64,000 nucleotides of DNA from an uncultured Planctomycetota bacterium. GTDB taxonomy: Bacteria; Planctomycetota; Planctomycetia; Gemmatales; Gemmataceae. The notes beneath the pieces are model-generated. The model was not told the origin of the DNA, ran no database searches, and saw only the letters and a list, made by a program, of their open reading frames with translations. Below are positions 42,869 to 53,734 of the stretch, one piece after another (position 1 is the first letter of the stretch; each line of letters opens with the position of its first letter). The translations under genes and the position numbers were made by a program. The stretch is taken from NCBI GenBank assembly GCA_963849325.1, contig CAWKHF010000005.1, forward strand, positions 416,001 to 480,000, in the 5' to 3' direction.

Positions 42869-43822
42869 ATGTCCGACGCCATCCCACATCGGCGCGTGTT
42901 GCTGGCCGCCGAACCCGGTGAGCGCGCCGCCTTCCGGGAGTTGTTCCAAACCGAGCCGTTACGCCACTGGGACGTCGTCGAGGCCGACAGCCTGGAGCGC
43001 GCGCGATTCGTGCTCCAGCTGGACCCCTGCGACGTTCTGCTGCTGGACGGCGGCCTGTATCGCGGCGGCGGCCGCGACGATTTCGCCTGGTTGGACGGCC
43101 AGCGGCAGGCGCCGGTGCTGTTCCTGGCCGACGGCGAGCCGGAGACGCTCGCCGCCGCCCTGCGGCAAGGGGCGCATTACTGGCTGCCGCGCAACGTGGC
43201 TCGGCGACACGCCTCGGTCCTTGCACTCATGCTCGGGCAGGCGGCGGCGTTCGGCGACGGCCAGAGGCGCGGCCGCGAGACCAGCGCCGCCCTGGAGGAC
43301 ACGCGCCGCCAGGTCAGCCGCCTGGTGAACCTGCTCTGGGAGGCGGTGCCCGGCGAGGGACGGGCACGCTGGTTCACCCAGCGGCACATGCTCGAACGGC
43401 TGGAAGAGGAAGTGACGCGCGCTCAGCGCTATGGCGGCCCGCTGGCGGTGGTCCTGGGCGAAATCGAAGGTCCGTCCTCCGATCGCGCCGCCGAGGAGGA
43501 CGCCGCGACGGAGGCGGCCTGGACCGCCGAGCAGGTCAGCCGAGTCAAGCGCCGTTCCGATGTGGCCGGGCAGTACGGGCTGCAAGGCTTCATGATGCTG
43601 CTGCCGCAGACGAACGAGGCCGGCGCCGTCGGCTGTTGCCGCCGGCTGCGTCCGCTGCTGGAACGGCCGGACCAGGCGGCCGGCCCGTTCGGCCGGCGGC
43701 ACGTCTCGTTCGGCATCGCCTGCTTCGGCCCGGATACGGCTTCGGTCCAAAGCCTGCTCCGCCGGGCCGAAGAGCGCCTGGAACGCATTAAACTCGGCAC
43801 GGCGGACGCGGTCGATTGTTGA
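42869..43822 (+). CDS. Receiver-like + degenerate GGDEF domain protein
   Basis: DVLLLD, ALRQGAHYWLP; GGDEF fold (LEEEVTRAQRY, RRSDVAGQYGLQGFMMLLP, VSFGIA) with a non-canonical active site. Confidence 0.8.
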   Translation: MSDAIPHRRVLLAAEPGERAAFRELFQTEPLRHWDVVEADSLERARFVLQLDPCDVLLLDGGLYRGGGRDDFAWLDGQRQAPVLFLADGEPETLAAALRQGAHYWLPRNVARRHASVLALMLGQAAAFGDGQRRGRETSAALEDTRRQVSRLVNLLWEAVPGEGRARWFTQRHMLERLEEEVTRAQRYGGPLAVVLGEIEGPSSDRAAEEDAATEAAWTAEQVSRVKRRSDVAGQYGLQGFMMLLPQTNEAGAVGCCRRLRPLLERPDQAAGPFGRRHVSFGIACFGPDTASVQSLLRRAEERLERIKLGTADAVDC

Positions 43823-43893
43823 CCCGGACGGCTTTGTAGGCCACACTTGCATGGCCGCGCCGTTCCGGCGGGTCCCAAGGGAGTGACTCACCG

Positions 43894-46482
43894 ATGGCCC
43901 TCGAGTCCGTGCTCGCTCGCATTGTCCACGACCCGCACCTGCCCACGCCGGCGCCGTTGGCCCTGCGCGTGCTCGAGAAGGCGAGCCGACCCGACTGCTC
44001 TCTGGCCGACATCAGCGATCTCATCAGCCACGACGCCGGCCTGTGCGCCAAGCTCCTCAAAATCGTCAATTCCGCTTTCTTCGCCCTGCCGCACAAGGTA
44101 ACGGTCATCGGCCGGGCCTTGAATTTGCTGGGCCTGAAGCGCGTCCGCGCCCTGATCCTCGGCCTGTCGCTGCCGTCGATGCAGAAGCGCACCGCCGGCG
44201 ATGCCCGCATGAGCGATCACTGGAAGATCTCGGTCGCCACGGCCATGGCCGCCCGCGAGTGGGCCCTCGCCATCCACGACCCCGATCCCGAAAGCGAGAT
44301 GGTGGCCGCCCTGCTGTGCGACCTGGGCGCCCTCATTCTCCGCGAAGTCTGCCCCAATGAGTACGCTCGCGTGCTGGCCCATCCCGTCGAGGTCTTCGTC
44401 CGCCGCCAGTGCGAGCTGGAAGAGGAATACATCGGCGCCAACCATGCCGAGGTCGGCGCTCATCTGCTGCGCGGCTGGGGGCTGCCCGAAGACATCACCG
44501 AGGCCATCCGCCATCATCACCGCCCCGAGACGCTCAGCGGCCAAAGCCCGGTGGTGATCGGCCGCGCCTTCCGTCTGCATTTCGCCACGCTGATCGGCCA
44601 GCTCCAGATCGCTCCTGGCGAGCCGTCCCTGACCGCCGCCCTGCTGAAGTTGGCCAGCGAGCGCTTCCACCTCGACGATCAGCTGCTGCAGAAGTTTCTG
44701 GAGCCGCTGCACGAGAAGATCGACGAGTTCGCCGGCCTCATCAACGTCGAGATCGGCACCGCCTTGCAATATTCCTCGTTGCTGACGCGCACCACCGAAC
44801 AGCTGGCCCAGCTGGCCTCGGAGACGGCCCTGGAGAACATCCGCGTCCGCGAGGAGAAGGAGCAGACCGACTTGCTGCTCCAGCGCAGCGAGGAGGAGCT
44901 GGCGCGGTTGGCGCGCCAGCACGAACTGATCCTCCATGCGGCCGACGAAGGCATTTTCGGCGTCGATCGGCAGGGAATCATCACCTTCGCCAACCCGGCT
45001 GCGGCGCGCATGGCCGGCTGGTCTCGTGAGGAGCTGATCGGCCAGTTCCAGCACGACGTTCTGCGGCCGGCCGCAGCCGATCAGCCGACGCCCGCCTGGG
45101 AGGAGTCGCTGATTCACGCCGTCCTGCAAGACGGTCAGACGCGCCATCTGGAGGAGGGCCGCTTCACGCGCCAGGACGGCAGCCTGTTCCCGGTTCGCTG
45201 CACCTGCGCTCCGATGCACGAGCAGGACGTCCTCGTCGGCGCCGTCGTCACCTACCGCGACATCAGCGAGGTGAAGCAGGCCCGCGAGGCGCTGCGGCGC
45301 AGCGAGGAGCAGCTGCGACAGGCGCAGAAGATGGAGGCCATCGGCCAGCTGGCCGGCGGCGTCGCCCACGACTTCAACAACTTGCTGACCATCATCACCG
45401 GCTATAGCGATCTCCTCCTGGGCGGCGTGCTGGAACCGTCCCATCCGGCCCGCGAGTCGGTCCAGGAGGTCCTCAAGGCGGCCCACCGCGCCGGCACCCT
45501 GACGCGGCAGCTCTTGGCCTTCAGTCGCCGGCAGGTGATGGCCCCGCAACTGCTCGCGCTCAACAGCGTCGTGCAGGACATGGACAAGATGCTCCGCCGA
45601 CTCATCGGCGAGGACATCCAGCTGAGCAGCACCCTGTCGCCCGATCTCGATCCGGTGCGGGCCGACCCCGGCCAGATCGAGCAGGTCTTGCTCAACCTGG
45701 TCGTCAACGCCCGCGATGCCATGCCGCAGGGCGGCAACCTGACCATCGAGACGGCCAACGTCGTGCTCGACGAGACCTACGTGCGGATGCATCCGGGGAT
45801 TCGGCCGGGGCGTTTCGTGATGCTGGCGGTCACGGACACCGGCTGCGGCATGGATGAGGCCACGCAAGCGCGCATCTTCGAGCCGTTCTTCACGACCAAG
45901 GAAGTCGGCAAGGGCACCGGCCTGGGGTTGGCGACGGTCTATGGCATCGTCAAGCAGTCGCAGGGTTCCATCTACGTCTACAGCGAGCCGGGACGCGGCA
46001 CCTCGTTCAAGATTTACCTGCCGCGCGCCGAGGAAACAGCCGTCGCCGCGCCGCGACCCGCCGTCGCGCCGCCGCTCGCAAGGACGGGCGGCCACGAGAC
46101 GCTTCTCGTCGTCGAGGACGACGACGCCGTCCGCGCTCTGACGCGCACGGTGCTGCGCAACCACTCCTACGACGTCATCGAGGCGATCGATCCCGACGAC
46201 GCCCTGCGCTGGGTTGCCGAGCACGACGACCCCATTCACCTGCTGGTGACGGACGTGGTGATGCCGGGCATGAGCGGCCGGGTGCTGGCCGAGCGCTTGA
46301 CGGCGCTGCGGTCGGACCTGAAGGTGTTGTACGTCTCCGGCTACACCGACGATTCGGTGGTGCGTCACGGCTTGCTGGAAGCGGAGGTCGCGTTCTTGCA
46401 GAAGCCGTTCTCGCCCGACGCGCTGGCCCGCAAGGTCCGCGAAGTGCTCGATCAAGGCTTGTCCGGGAATAACCTCGTTTAG
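43894..46482 (+). CDS. Hybrid histidine kinase HDOD-PAS-HisKA-HATPase-REC
   Basis: [10 protein letters not shown] (HDOD), [41 protein letters not shown]. Confidence 0.93.
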   Translation: MALESVLARIVHDPHLPTPAPLALRVLEKASRPDCSLADISDLISHDAGLCAKLLKIVNSAFFALPHKVTVIGRALNLLGLKRVRALILGLSLPSMQKRTAGDARMSDHWKISVATAMAAREWALAIHDPDPESEMVAALLCDLGALILREVCPNEYARVLAHPVEVFVRRQCELEEEYIGANHAEVGAHLLRGWGLPEDITEAIRHHHRPETLSGQSPVVIGRAFRLHFATLIGQLQIAPGEPSLTAALLKLASERFHLDDQLLQKFLEPLHEKIDEFAGLINVEIGTALQYSSLLTRTTEQLAQLASETALENIRVREEKEQTDLLLQRSEEELARLARQHELILHAADEGIFGVDRQGIITFANPAAARMAGWSREELIGQFQHDVLRPAAADQPTPAWEESLIHAVLQDGQTRHLEEGRFTRQDGSLFPVRCTCAPMHEQDVLVGAVVTYRDISEVKQAREALRRSEEQLRQAQKMEAIGQLAGGVAHDFNNLLTIITGYSDLLLGGVLEPSHPARESVQEVLKAAHRAGTLTRQLLAFSRRQVMAPQLLALNSVVQDMDKMLRRLIGEDIQLSSTLSPDLDPVRADPGQIEQVLLNLVVNARDAMPQGGNLTIETANVVLDETYVRMHPGIRPGRFVMLAVTDTGCGMDEATQARIFEPFFTTKEVGKGTGLGLATVYGIVKQSQGSIYVYSEPGRGTSFKIYLPRAEETAVAAPRPAVAPPLARTGGHETLLVVEDDDAVRALTRTVLRNHSYDVIEAIDPDDALRWVAEHDDPIHLLVTDVVMPGMSGRVLAERLTALRSDLKVLYVSGYTDDSVVRHGLLEAEVAFLQKPFSPDALARKVREVLDQGLSGNNLV

Positions 46483-46532
46483 CCGCGACGCGCAGCGGAG
46501 CGCGCTGCTCGCTGCGCGTCGCGGCTAAACGA
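46475..46532. repeat. REP-like palindrome / likely bidirectional terminator
   Basis: tcgtttagccgcgacgcgcagcg / cgctgcgcgtcgcggctaaacga between convergent genes; contains the kinase stop codon. Confidence 0.8.
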
Positions 46533-46543
46533 AGGAATCGAAA

Positions 46544-48359
46544 CTATTCACGTCCCTGCGATGCCTTGGCCTCCAACTCCTGCCAGCGGGCATAAAGGCG
46601 CTCGACGACACCCTGGGCTTCCTCCAGCGCCCGGCAGGCGTCGGCCAGGGCGACATGACCGGCCGTCGCGGCGCGCTCCACCTCGGCCTGGCGCCCGACG
46701 ACCACCTCCTCGGCGGCGAGGATGGCGTCTTCCATCTGCTCCCACTCCTGCTGCTCGCGGTAGCTGAGCTTGCGCGGTTTCGGCGCCGCGAGAGTCGGGC
46801 GCGGAGTGGGCGACGCCGCCGGCTTGACGGTCTCCGTCGAGACACGCTCGTAAGCCGACAGCCATTGGGCGACGCTGCCGTACAGCGCCGCGCCGCCGCG
46901 ACCGTCGAGTCCGATCACCTCCGTGCATAGCCGATCCGTCAATTCGCGGTCGTGGCTGACCAGCACCAGCGCCCCGGAAAACTCCGCCAGGCTGTCTTCC
47001 AGCACCTCCAGGGCCGGGATGTCGAGGTCGTTGGTCGGCTCGTCGAGCAGCAGCAGGTCGGCCGGCCGCAGCATGAGCTGGGCGATGCGGACGCGGGCCT
47101 GCTCGCCGCCGGAGAGCGAACCGACCGGCACGTCCAGCTGCTCCGGACGAAAGAGAAACTGCTTGGCCCAGGCGGCGACGTGCAGCCGACGGTCGCCGTG
47201 GATCACGGTGTCGCCGTTGGGGCATAGCGCTTGCCGCAGCGTCGCCGACGGATCGAGCGCCGCTCGTCCCTGCTCGAACATCACCGTCCGCAACCCCTCG
47301 GCCCGCGTGATGCTGCCGGCGTCGGCGTCGATCTCGCCGGCCAGGACGCGCAGCAGAGTGCTCTTGCCGCTGCCGTTGGGGCCGAGCAGTCCGAGTTTGG
47401 TACCCGGCGACAGCGTCAGGTCGAGGCCGGCGAACAGCGGCCGACCGCCGAGCGACTTGGCGATGCCGGCGGCGGTGAGCAGTTTGCGCGTCTGCCGGCC
47501 GGTGGCGACGAAGTCGATGCCGGCCGAGCCGGCCGCGGCATTGCGGTACTTCAACTCCTCCAACTCCTCGCGGCGTCGGGCGGCGTCGTCGATGCGAAAG
47601 CCGGCCTTGCGCGTCTGCGCCGCCGCCTTGCGTCCCAGCCACTCCGTCTCGCGGCGAACCTGGTTGGCGACCGATTCCTGCCGGCGCGCCTGGGCGTCGA
47701 GGAACTCCTCGCGGCGCTCGAGCGAACTCATCGTAGGGGCCGGCCGCGCGGAAGGAGCCGCCGGGATAGACGCGGCTGATCTCGAGGATGTCGTCGGCCA
47801 CCGCGCGCAGAAAGGCCCGGTCGTGCGTGGCGACGACGTAGCCGAAAGGAGCGGCGCGCAGCAGCCGTTCCAGCCAGACGATGCCGGGCAGGTCGAGATG
47901 GTTGGTCGGTTCGTCGAGCAGGAGCAGGTCGGGCCGGCGCACCAGCTCGCGGGCCAGCGCCAGCCGCTTGCGCCAGCCGCCGGAGAGAACGTCGGCCGGC
48001 TGCTCGGGGTCAAGAAAGCCCATCTGCGTCAGGGTGATGGCGGCGCGGGTCTCGCGCTCGTGCTCCTCGATCGGTTCGCCGATGAGGGCGGCGAGCAACA
48101 CGTCATGGACGCTCTGCCCGTCGGTGAAAACGTCGTCCTGGGCGAGGTAGCCGAGGCGGACGGTTCGGCGCAGAGAGCGCGTGCCGGCGTCCGGCTCCTC
48201 GCGTCCGGCCAGCAGACGCAACAGCGTCGATTTGCCGGAGCCGTTGGGACCGATCAGGCCGACGCGCTCGCCGGCGCGGAGGTCGAGAGACAGGTCGGTG
48301 AACAGCGGCCGAGGGCCGTAGCCCTTGGTCAGCCCTTGTACGCTCAGCAGCACGGTCAT
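46544..48359 (-). CDS. uup: ABC-F family ATPase Uup-like (frameshift near 47725)
   Basis: Two GPNGSGKST / LSGG / LLDEPTN cassettes and a C-terminal KLSYREQQE..LYARWQELE coiled-coil domain. Confidence 0.9.
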
Positions 48360-48468
48360 GTCAGCCCCAACCGCGGGACGGTCTTTCCCCGGCGAGACGG
48401 CCCCGCCGTGTTCCTCTTTTATTGCTCGCAGAACGGGGAGGCCGCGGCAAGGGCGAACATCTCGGGAT

Positions 48469-48524
48469 ACAAGCCGCGAGCGCCAGCGAGCGGCGGCCAC
48501 CGCTCGCTGGCGCTCGCGGCTTGT
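48469..48524. repeat. REP-like palindrome
   Basis: acaagccgcgagcgccagcgagcgg / ccgctcgctggcgctcgcggcttgt. Confidence 0.85.
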
Positions 48525-48579
48525 GCCTGCTTTTCCGCCGTGTTATCGTGACAATAACTTCTGAGGTCTCGCCGCCGCG

Positions 48580-49664
48580 ATGATGCCGCAGTTTGCCAAT
48601 CCTGTTTGTCTCTGGTTGATGCTGATCGTACCACTCCTGCTGGGGTGGTCGCTGCGCCGGCGGCGCAACGCCCTGCGGCATCCGGTCGCCGGTTTCCTGA
48701 TCGGGACTGCCGGCCGGCAAGGCTCGCCTCGCCCGCTGGGGTCCCGGCATCCTGCGCGGGCTGGCCCTGCTGTTGATCGTGATGGCCCTGGCCGGCCCGC
48801 GCTGGCCGGACCTGCGCACGCGCATCGACACCGAGGGCATCGCCCTCGTCATGCTCGTCGATGTCAGCGGCAGCATGGCCGAACGCGATTTCGACTGGCG
48901 CGGCGAACCGATCGGCCGACTCGACGCCGTCAAGAAGGTCTTTCACCTGTTCGTCTCCGGCGGCGCCGGTCCCGAGGACACGGGAGATGGGACCGATCTG
49001 TCCGCTTTCCAGGGCCGGCCGACCGACCTCATTGGCCTGGTGACGTTCGCCACGCGGCCGGAGACCGCCTGTCCGCTGACACTCAGTCATTCCGTCCTGC
49101 TGCGCCTGCTCGATGACGAGCAGCCGCGCCGCATCCCCGGCGAGTCGGAGACGAACCTCAGCGACGCCGTGGCGCTGGGGCTGCATCGTCTCCACGCCGC
49201 CGGGCCGCGCCGCAAGGTGCTGGTGCTGCTCAGCGACGGCGAGCACAACGTCCCGCAGCCGCGCTCCGGCTGGACGCCGCGCCAGGCCGCGCAGGTGGCC
49301 AACGGCCTGCACGTTCCCATCTACGCCATCGACGCGGGCGGTCCCGGCGCCTCGGTGACAAAACTGGCTGCGAAGGAAGCAGAGAGGAGCGAAGGCGTCG
49401 CCAGTCCGGGCGAGGTCCGCGCCCAGGCGGTGCGGACGCTGGAAGAGATGGCCCACATCACGCACGGGCAGTATTTCCAGGCCCGCGATACGAAGGGCCT
49501 GCTGAGCGCCTGCCGCGCCATCGACGCCCTGGAGCGCAGCGACATCCGCAGTTTCCAGTACCGCCGGTATCATGAAGCGTATCCGTGGTTCGGCCTGGCG
49601 GCGTTCGCGCTGTTGGCGGTGCGCCCTGGGGCTGGAACGAACGGTATGGCGGCGAATCCCGTGA
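48580..49664 (+). CDS. batA: BatA-like vWA membrane protein (frameshifts)
   Basis: FANPVCLWL, ALAGPRW, MIDAS DVSGSM, LLSDGE, IDALE. Confidence 0.85.
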
Positions 49665-49695
49665 CGGGGTTGCTTGCGGCGAAAGACATCCGGAT

Positions 49696-50741
49696 ATGTT
49701 GCGTCACGCATTTGCCCATCCCTGGACTGTTGTGGTTCCTGGCGGTGTTGCCGCTGCTGGGGGTGCTGGGGTTGTGGAGTGCGCGGCGGCGACGGTGGGC
49801 GTTGGCGCGGCTGGGCGAACCGGCGGCGGTCGAGATGCAGCTGACGGCGCGACCCGGTTGGCGATGGCTGCGCGGCCTGTGTTTGCTGCTGGGCCTGCTT
49901 GGCCTGGGCCTGGGCATGGCCGGGCCGCAGTGGGGACGCGATTGGGACCAGTCGGCGGCGCCGGGCCGCGATCTCGTCGTCGTCCTCGATTGCAGTCGCA
50001 GCATGCTCGCCGAGACGCCCAGCCGGCTCGAACGGGCGCGGACGGCCCTGCTCGACCTGGCCAACGCGGTCGAGACAGCGCGGCGGCCATCGCCTCGCCC
50101 TGGTCTTCTGCGCCGGCAAGGCGCGGTTGGCCTGCCCCTTGACGCACGATTACGACCACTTCCGCTCTCGATTGGATGACATCGAGTCCGCGGCCCGCGA
50201 GCGCGACCTGGAGCCAGGTCCGGGCCAGCCCTCCGGCACGCGCCTGGGGCAAGCCCTGGCCCTGGCCGTCGTCGCCGATGAGGGACGCTCGCCGGAGACG
50301 CGCGACGTCCTGCTGCTCTCCGACGGCGACGACCCGGCCCGCGACGGCGAATGGCGACAGGGCGCTCGCATCGCCGTCGCTCTCGGCATCCGCATCCACA
50401 CCATCGGTATTGGCGACCCGAACACGGACAGCGTTATCCGTCTCGACAGCGGCCCCCTGCTGCACGACGGTCAACCCGTCCACACGCGCCTCGAAGAAGC
50501 GCCTCTACGCGAGATCGCCGAGTTGACCGGCGGCGTCTACGTCCCGGCCCGCACTCGCGCCTTGCCGCTGGGCGCGCTGTACCTCGATACCATCGCCAAT
50601 CAACCGCAGCGCGAGGACAGCGATGACGCTCTGCCCACGTATCAACAGCGCTATGCGTGGTTTCTCGGGCCGGCACTCGGTTTCCTGGCGCTGGTCCTGT
50701 TCCTCGGCGATGGCTCCATGCGGATGAAAGCGATCCGGTGA
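49696..50741 (+). CDS. batB: BatB-like vWA protein (frameshifts)
   Basis: FAHP, AGPQWG, LDCSRSMLA, PLTHDY, LLSDGD, HTIGIG. Confidence 0.85.
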
Positions 50742-50747
50742 GTCGTA

Positions 50748-50840
50748 ATGAAAAATGAAAAATATAAAATGAAAAATGAAAAATGGAAGAGACGAAGAAT
50801 ACCGCGCCTCCTTGTCTCCTTGTCTCCTTGTCTCCTTGTC
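50748..50840. repeat. Tandem 7-mer (ATGAAAA) and 8-mer (CCTTGTCT) microsatellites at the batC 5' end
   Basis: atgaaaaatgaaaaatataaaatgaaaaatgaaaaatg; ccttgtctccttgtctccttgtctccttgtc. Confidence 0.85.
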
Positions 50841-51660
50841 TTGTTCCTGCTGGGCGCGTCGTCGCGGGGCGATCCGCGGCAATTGCTGCAACAAGGACAC
50901 GCGGCGTTCGCGCGCGGCGACTACGCCGGAGCGGCGATGTGGTACGAACAGGCCGAGCTTTGCAGTACCGATCCGGCCGAGGTAGCGTTCTATCTCGCCG
51001 CCGCGAAGTATCACCTGGCCGCGAAGACGGAAGGACCGTCGCCGGAATTGCGCGAGGCGGAGCAACTGTATCGCTGCTGCCTCGATCCAGCGGACCCGCG
51101 CCGACCACGCGCCTTGTACGGCCTGGGCAACTGTCTGCTGCGCCAAGCGGCCGACCGGCGACGCCGCCGGCTTGCGCACGGCGATCACTTGTTACGATCA
51201 GTGCTTGCAGAGCGCCGGCGACGACGAAGCGTTGACCGCCGACGCCCGCTACAATCGAGAGAAGGCTCGATTGCTGCTGTCTCAATACCAGCCGCCTCCC
51301 GGCGGCCCACCAGGCGACAAGCCGCCCAGCGATGAGGCGAATCCGCCGCCGCCTCGACCCGATTCGCGTCCGAATGCGCCCGTGACAGGTGGCGAGCAAG
51401 GCACCGACGGCAACGCCGACCCCCGAGCCGTGGACGGCACCGTCAAACCGGAGCCAGGAACAGCCACGACGACCGACGCGCCGCCGCCACCGGGCAAAGG
51501 CAACCTGCCGCCGGTCCCCGATCAGGTGGACGTGCCGCCGCTGTCGGCCCACGACGCCGCCGAACATCTGGAGTCGGCCGCCCAGAAAGTGCGGCAAGAA
51601 CGGCAGGCGCATCACCGCCGCGGCGAACGCGCTTCCGCCACGGGAGTGAAAGATTGGTGA
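50748..51660 (+). CDS. batC: BatC-like TPR protein (frameshift near 51155)
   Basis: GHAAFARGDY, ALYGLGN, DARYNREKAR, Pro-rich linker, C-terminal KDW. Confidence 0.75.
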
Positions 51661-51670
51661 AACAGACCTC

Positions 51671-52696
51671 ATGCGCACGGCTCGCTTCGCTCTAGTCCTG
51701 CTGACGCTGCTCGTCCCGAGGGCCGAGCCGGACGAGAAGGCGCAAGCCGACGACATCCCCGTGGTGGGCCGGCCCAGCGATCTGCCTTTCAGCGAAGCCA
51801 GCGGATGGTTCACGGTACGAGCGCAGGCTGAACCGATCACCGTGGAAGCGGAAACGACCCTCACGTTCACGGTCTCGGTGCGCGCCACGCGCCCGGCGCG
51901 GCGGCCGCCGCAGCGGATCGACCTCCGCCAACTGCCGGCGTTCGCCGAGCGCTTTTACATCGAGGAACCCGGCAGCGACGAACCCGAGCGGCCCGATGAC
52001 CGCACCTGGGAGTTCCGCTACCGTCTCAAGCCGCGCCGCACCGGCGTGACCGAGATCCCCAGCGTGCCCTTCGTCTACTTCAACCCGTACCTGCGAACCG
52101 CCCGCAAGGGCTTCCAGGTCCTCTACACCGACCCCATCCCTCTGCACGTTCTGCCGCACGAAAGTGTACAGGTGCCCGTGCAGGCGCCGGACAACGCCTT
52201 CGTCCTCGCCACGGGGCCGAAACTGCTGGAGCGATGGACGACGTGGACGCCGGGAATCGGGACGAGCCTCGCCCTGTTGCTGGCGCCGCCGATTAGCTGC
52301 GTCCTCTGGTACGTCTGCTGGCGCCGGTTGTATCCGGACGCGGCGCGGCAGGCGAAGCAACGGCGCAGCCGCGCCGCCCGGCAGGCGTTGGCGCTGCTGT
52401 ACGCCGTGCGCCGGCTCGGCTCGGCCGAGCGCGCCACACGGACGGCCGCCATCGTGGCCGACTACCTGCGGCAGCGTCTCGACCTGGCCATCGCCGAACC
52501 GACGCCGGGCGAGGTCGCCGAGTTGTTCGCACAGCGGGGCCGTTCGCCGACGCTGGCCGAGCAGGCCGTCCGCTTCTTCGAGCAGTGCGACCGTCGTCGC
52601 TTCCTGCCGGCGTCCGGGACTACACAATCGGACCTGCCGGACATCGCCTCCCAGTTCATCCTCGCCGTGGAGGAAGGTGACAAGGTGACAAGGTGA
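51671..52696 (+). CDS. batD: BatD-like protein
   Basis: FRYRLKPRRTGVTEIPSVPFVYFNP..TDPIPL, TM helix, C-terminal helical domain; position in the operon. Confidence 0.75.
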   Translation: MRTARFALVLLTLLVPRAEPDEKAQADDIPVVGRPSDLPFSEASGWFTVRAQAEPITVEAETTLTFTVSVRATRPARRPPQRIDLRQLPAFAERFYIEEPGSDEPERPDDRTWEFRYRLKPRRTGVTEIPSVPFVYFNPYLRTARKGFQVLYTDPIPLHVLPHESVQVPVQAPDNAFVLATGPKLLERWTTWTPGIGTSLALLLAPPISCVLWYVCWRRLYPDAARQAKQRRSRAARQALALLYAVRRLGSAERATRTAAIVADYLRQRLDLAIAEPTPGEVAELFAQRGRSPTLAEQAVRFFEQCDRRRFLPASGTTQSDLPDIASQFILAVEEGDKVTR

Positions 52697-52824
52697 CAAG
52701 GTGACAAGGTGAGAATTATGGCGGGAAAAGTAAACAATCAGCTACATCCGGAGTTGGGGAAGACTGGCTTCTGTCTTTGTCTCCTTGTCACCTTGTCACC
52801 TTGTCACCTTGTCACCTTGTCACC
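52677..52824. repeat. Inverted pair of (GGTGACAA)n / (CCTTGTCA)n octamer arrays at the batD/batE junction
   Basis: About 4 units at 52677-52712 and about 5 units at 52783-52824. Confidence 0.9.
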
Positions 52825-53560
52825 ATCAGAGGTGGCCGAGTGCGCCGTAAGTGCCTTTCAGGAGGGCGTGCGTCTGCGCCAGGCCGCGGACCAGGCTCGA
52901 CCGCACTTCCGCGCCGCCGCCGCCTCGTTTGACGAACTGCGTCGTCGCGGCGTCCACAATCCCGCTCTGTATCGCAACCTGGGCAATGCCTCCCTTCTGG
53001 CCGGCGACCTGCCTCGTGCCATCCTGTCCTACCATCGCGGTCTGCGTCTAGCGCCGAACGATCTCGCCCTGCGCGAGGGTCTCGCCGAGGCGCGCGAACG
53101 GGTGGTGTATCCGGCGTCGGGCAGCCTGGGCCGGCCGCTCAGCGATCCGCGCCCGCCGTGGCTACCGCAGCCGCGAACGGAGTGGCTGCTCACGGCGTCG
53201 GCCCTCTGCTACACGTTGGCGTGGACGTGGGCGACGCGCTGGCTGATGGTGCGCCGCGGCCGGCTGCTGGCCGGGGGAATGGTTGCCCTGCTGCTCGCCG
53301 GGCTGCTGTCGGTTTGGCTGCTCACGCTCACACGGGAGGAGAGGGACCGGGACGAGCATCCGCTGGTGGTGATCGCGCGCGACGGCGTTCGCCTGCGCCG
53401 CGGCAACGGCATGGTGTTTCCGGCGCGCTATGACACGCCGATCCCTCGCGGCGTCGAGGCGCGGCTGCGGTTCGAGCGCGGCGGTTGGGTGCGGATCGAG
53501 CTGTCCGGCGGCGAAATCGGCTGGGTGCCGCGCGACGCCGTGCTGGTGGACTCTCCTTGA
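52709..53560 (+). CDS. batE: BatE-like TPR + SH3 protein
   Basis: LYRNLGNA..AILSYHRGLRLAP, two TMs, GWVRIEL..GWVP. Confidence 0.8.
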   Translation: MRIMAGKVNNQLHPELGKTGFCLCLLVTLSPCHLVTLSPSEVAECAVSAFQEGVRLRQAADQARPHFRAAAASFDELRRRGVHNPALYRNLGNASLLAGDLPRAILSYHRGLRLAPNDLALREGLAEARERVVYPASGSLGRPLSDPRPPWLPQPRTEWLLTASALCYTLAWTWATRWLMVRRGRLLAGGMVALLLAGLLSVWLLTLTREERDRDEHPLVVIARDGVRLRRGNGMVFPARYDTPIPRGVEARLRFERGGWVRIELSGGEIGWVPRDAVLVDSP

Positions 53561-53734
53561 CCGATACCGCTCACCGGGGTTGAAATCGCATCTCTCCCCT
53601 ATCAGCGACCCACCCCTCGGGATACAATACGAGTTGGAGACGACACCGCGATTTGCTTGCGCGGAGGCCCACGGACGAGCGGCAATGGCGCCATCGGCTC
53701 TCCTCACGCCAGCTGAAGCCGAAGGAAACCCATC

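Noticed and set aside
33248-46455. Long antisense ORFs such as 33248..35602+, 40274..41926+ and 43888..46455-
   Set aside because: Shadow ORFs of high-GC codon usage opposite well-supported genes; no recognisable motifs.
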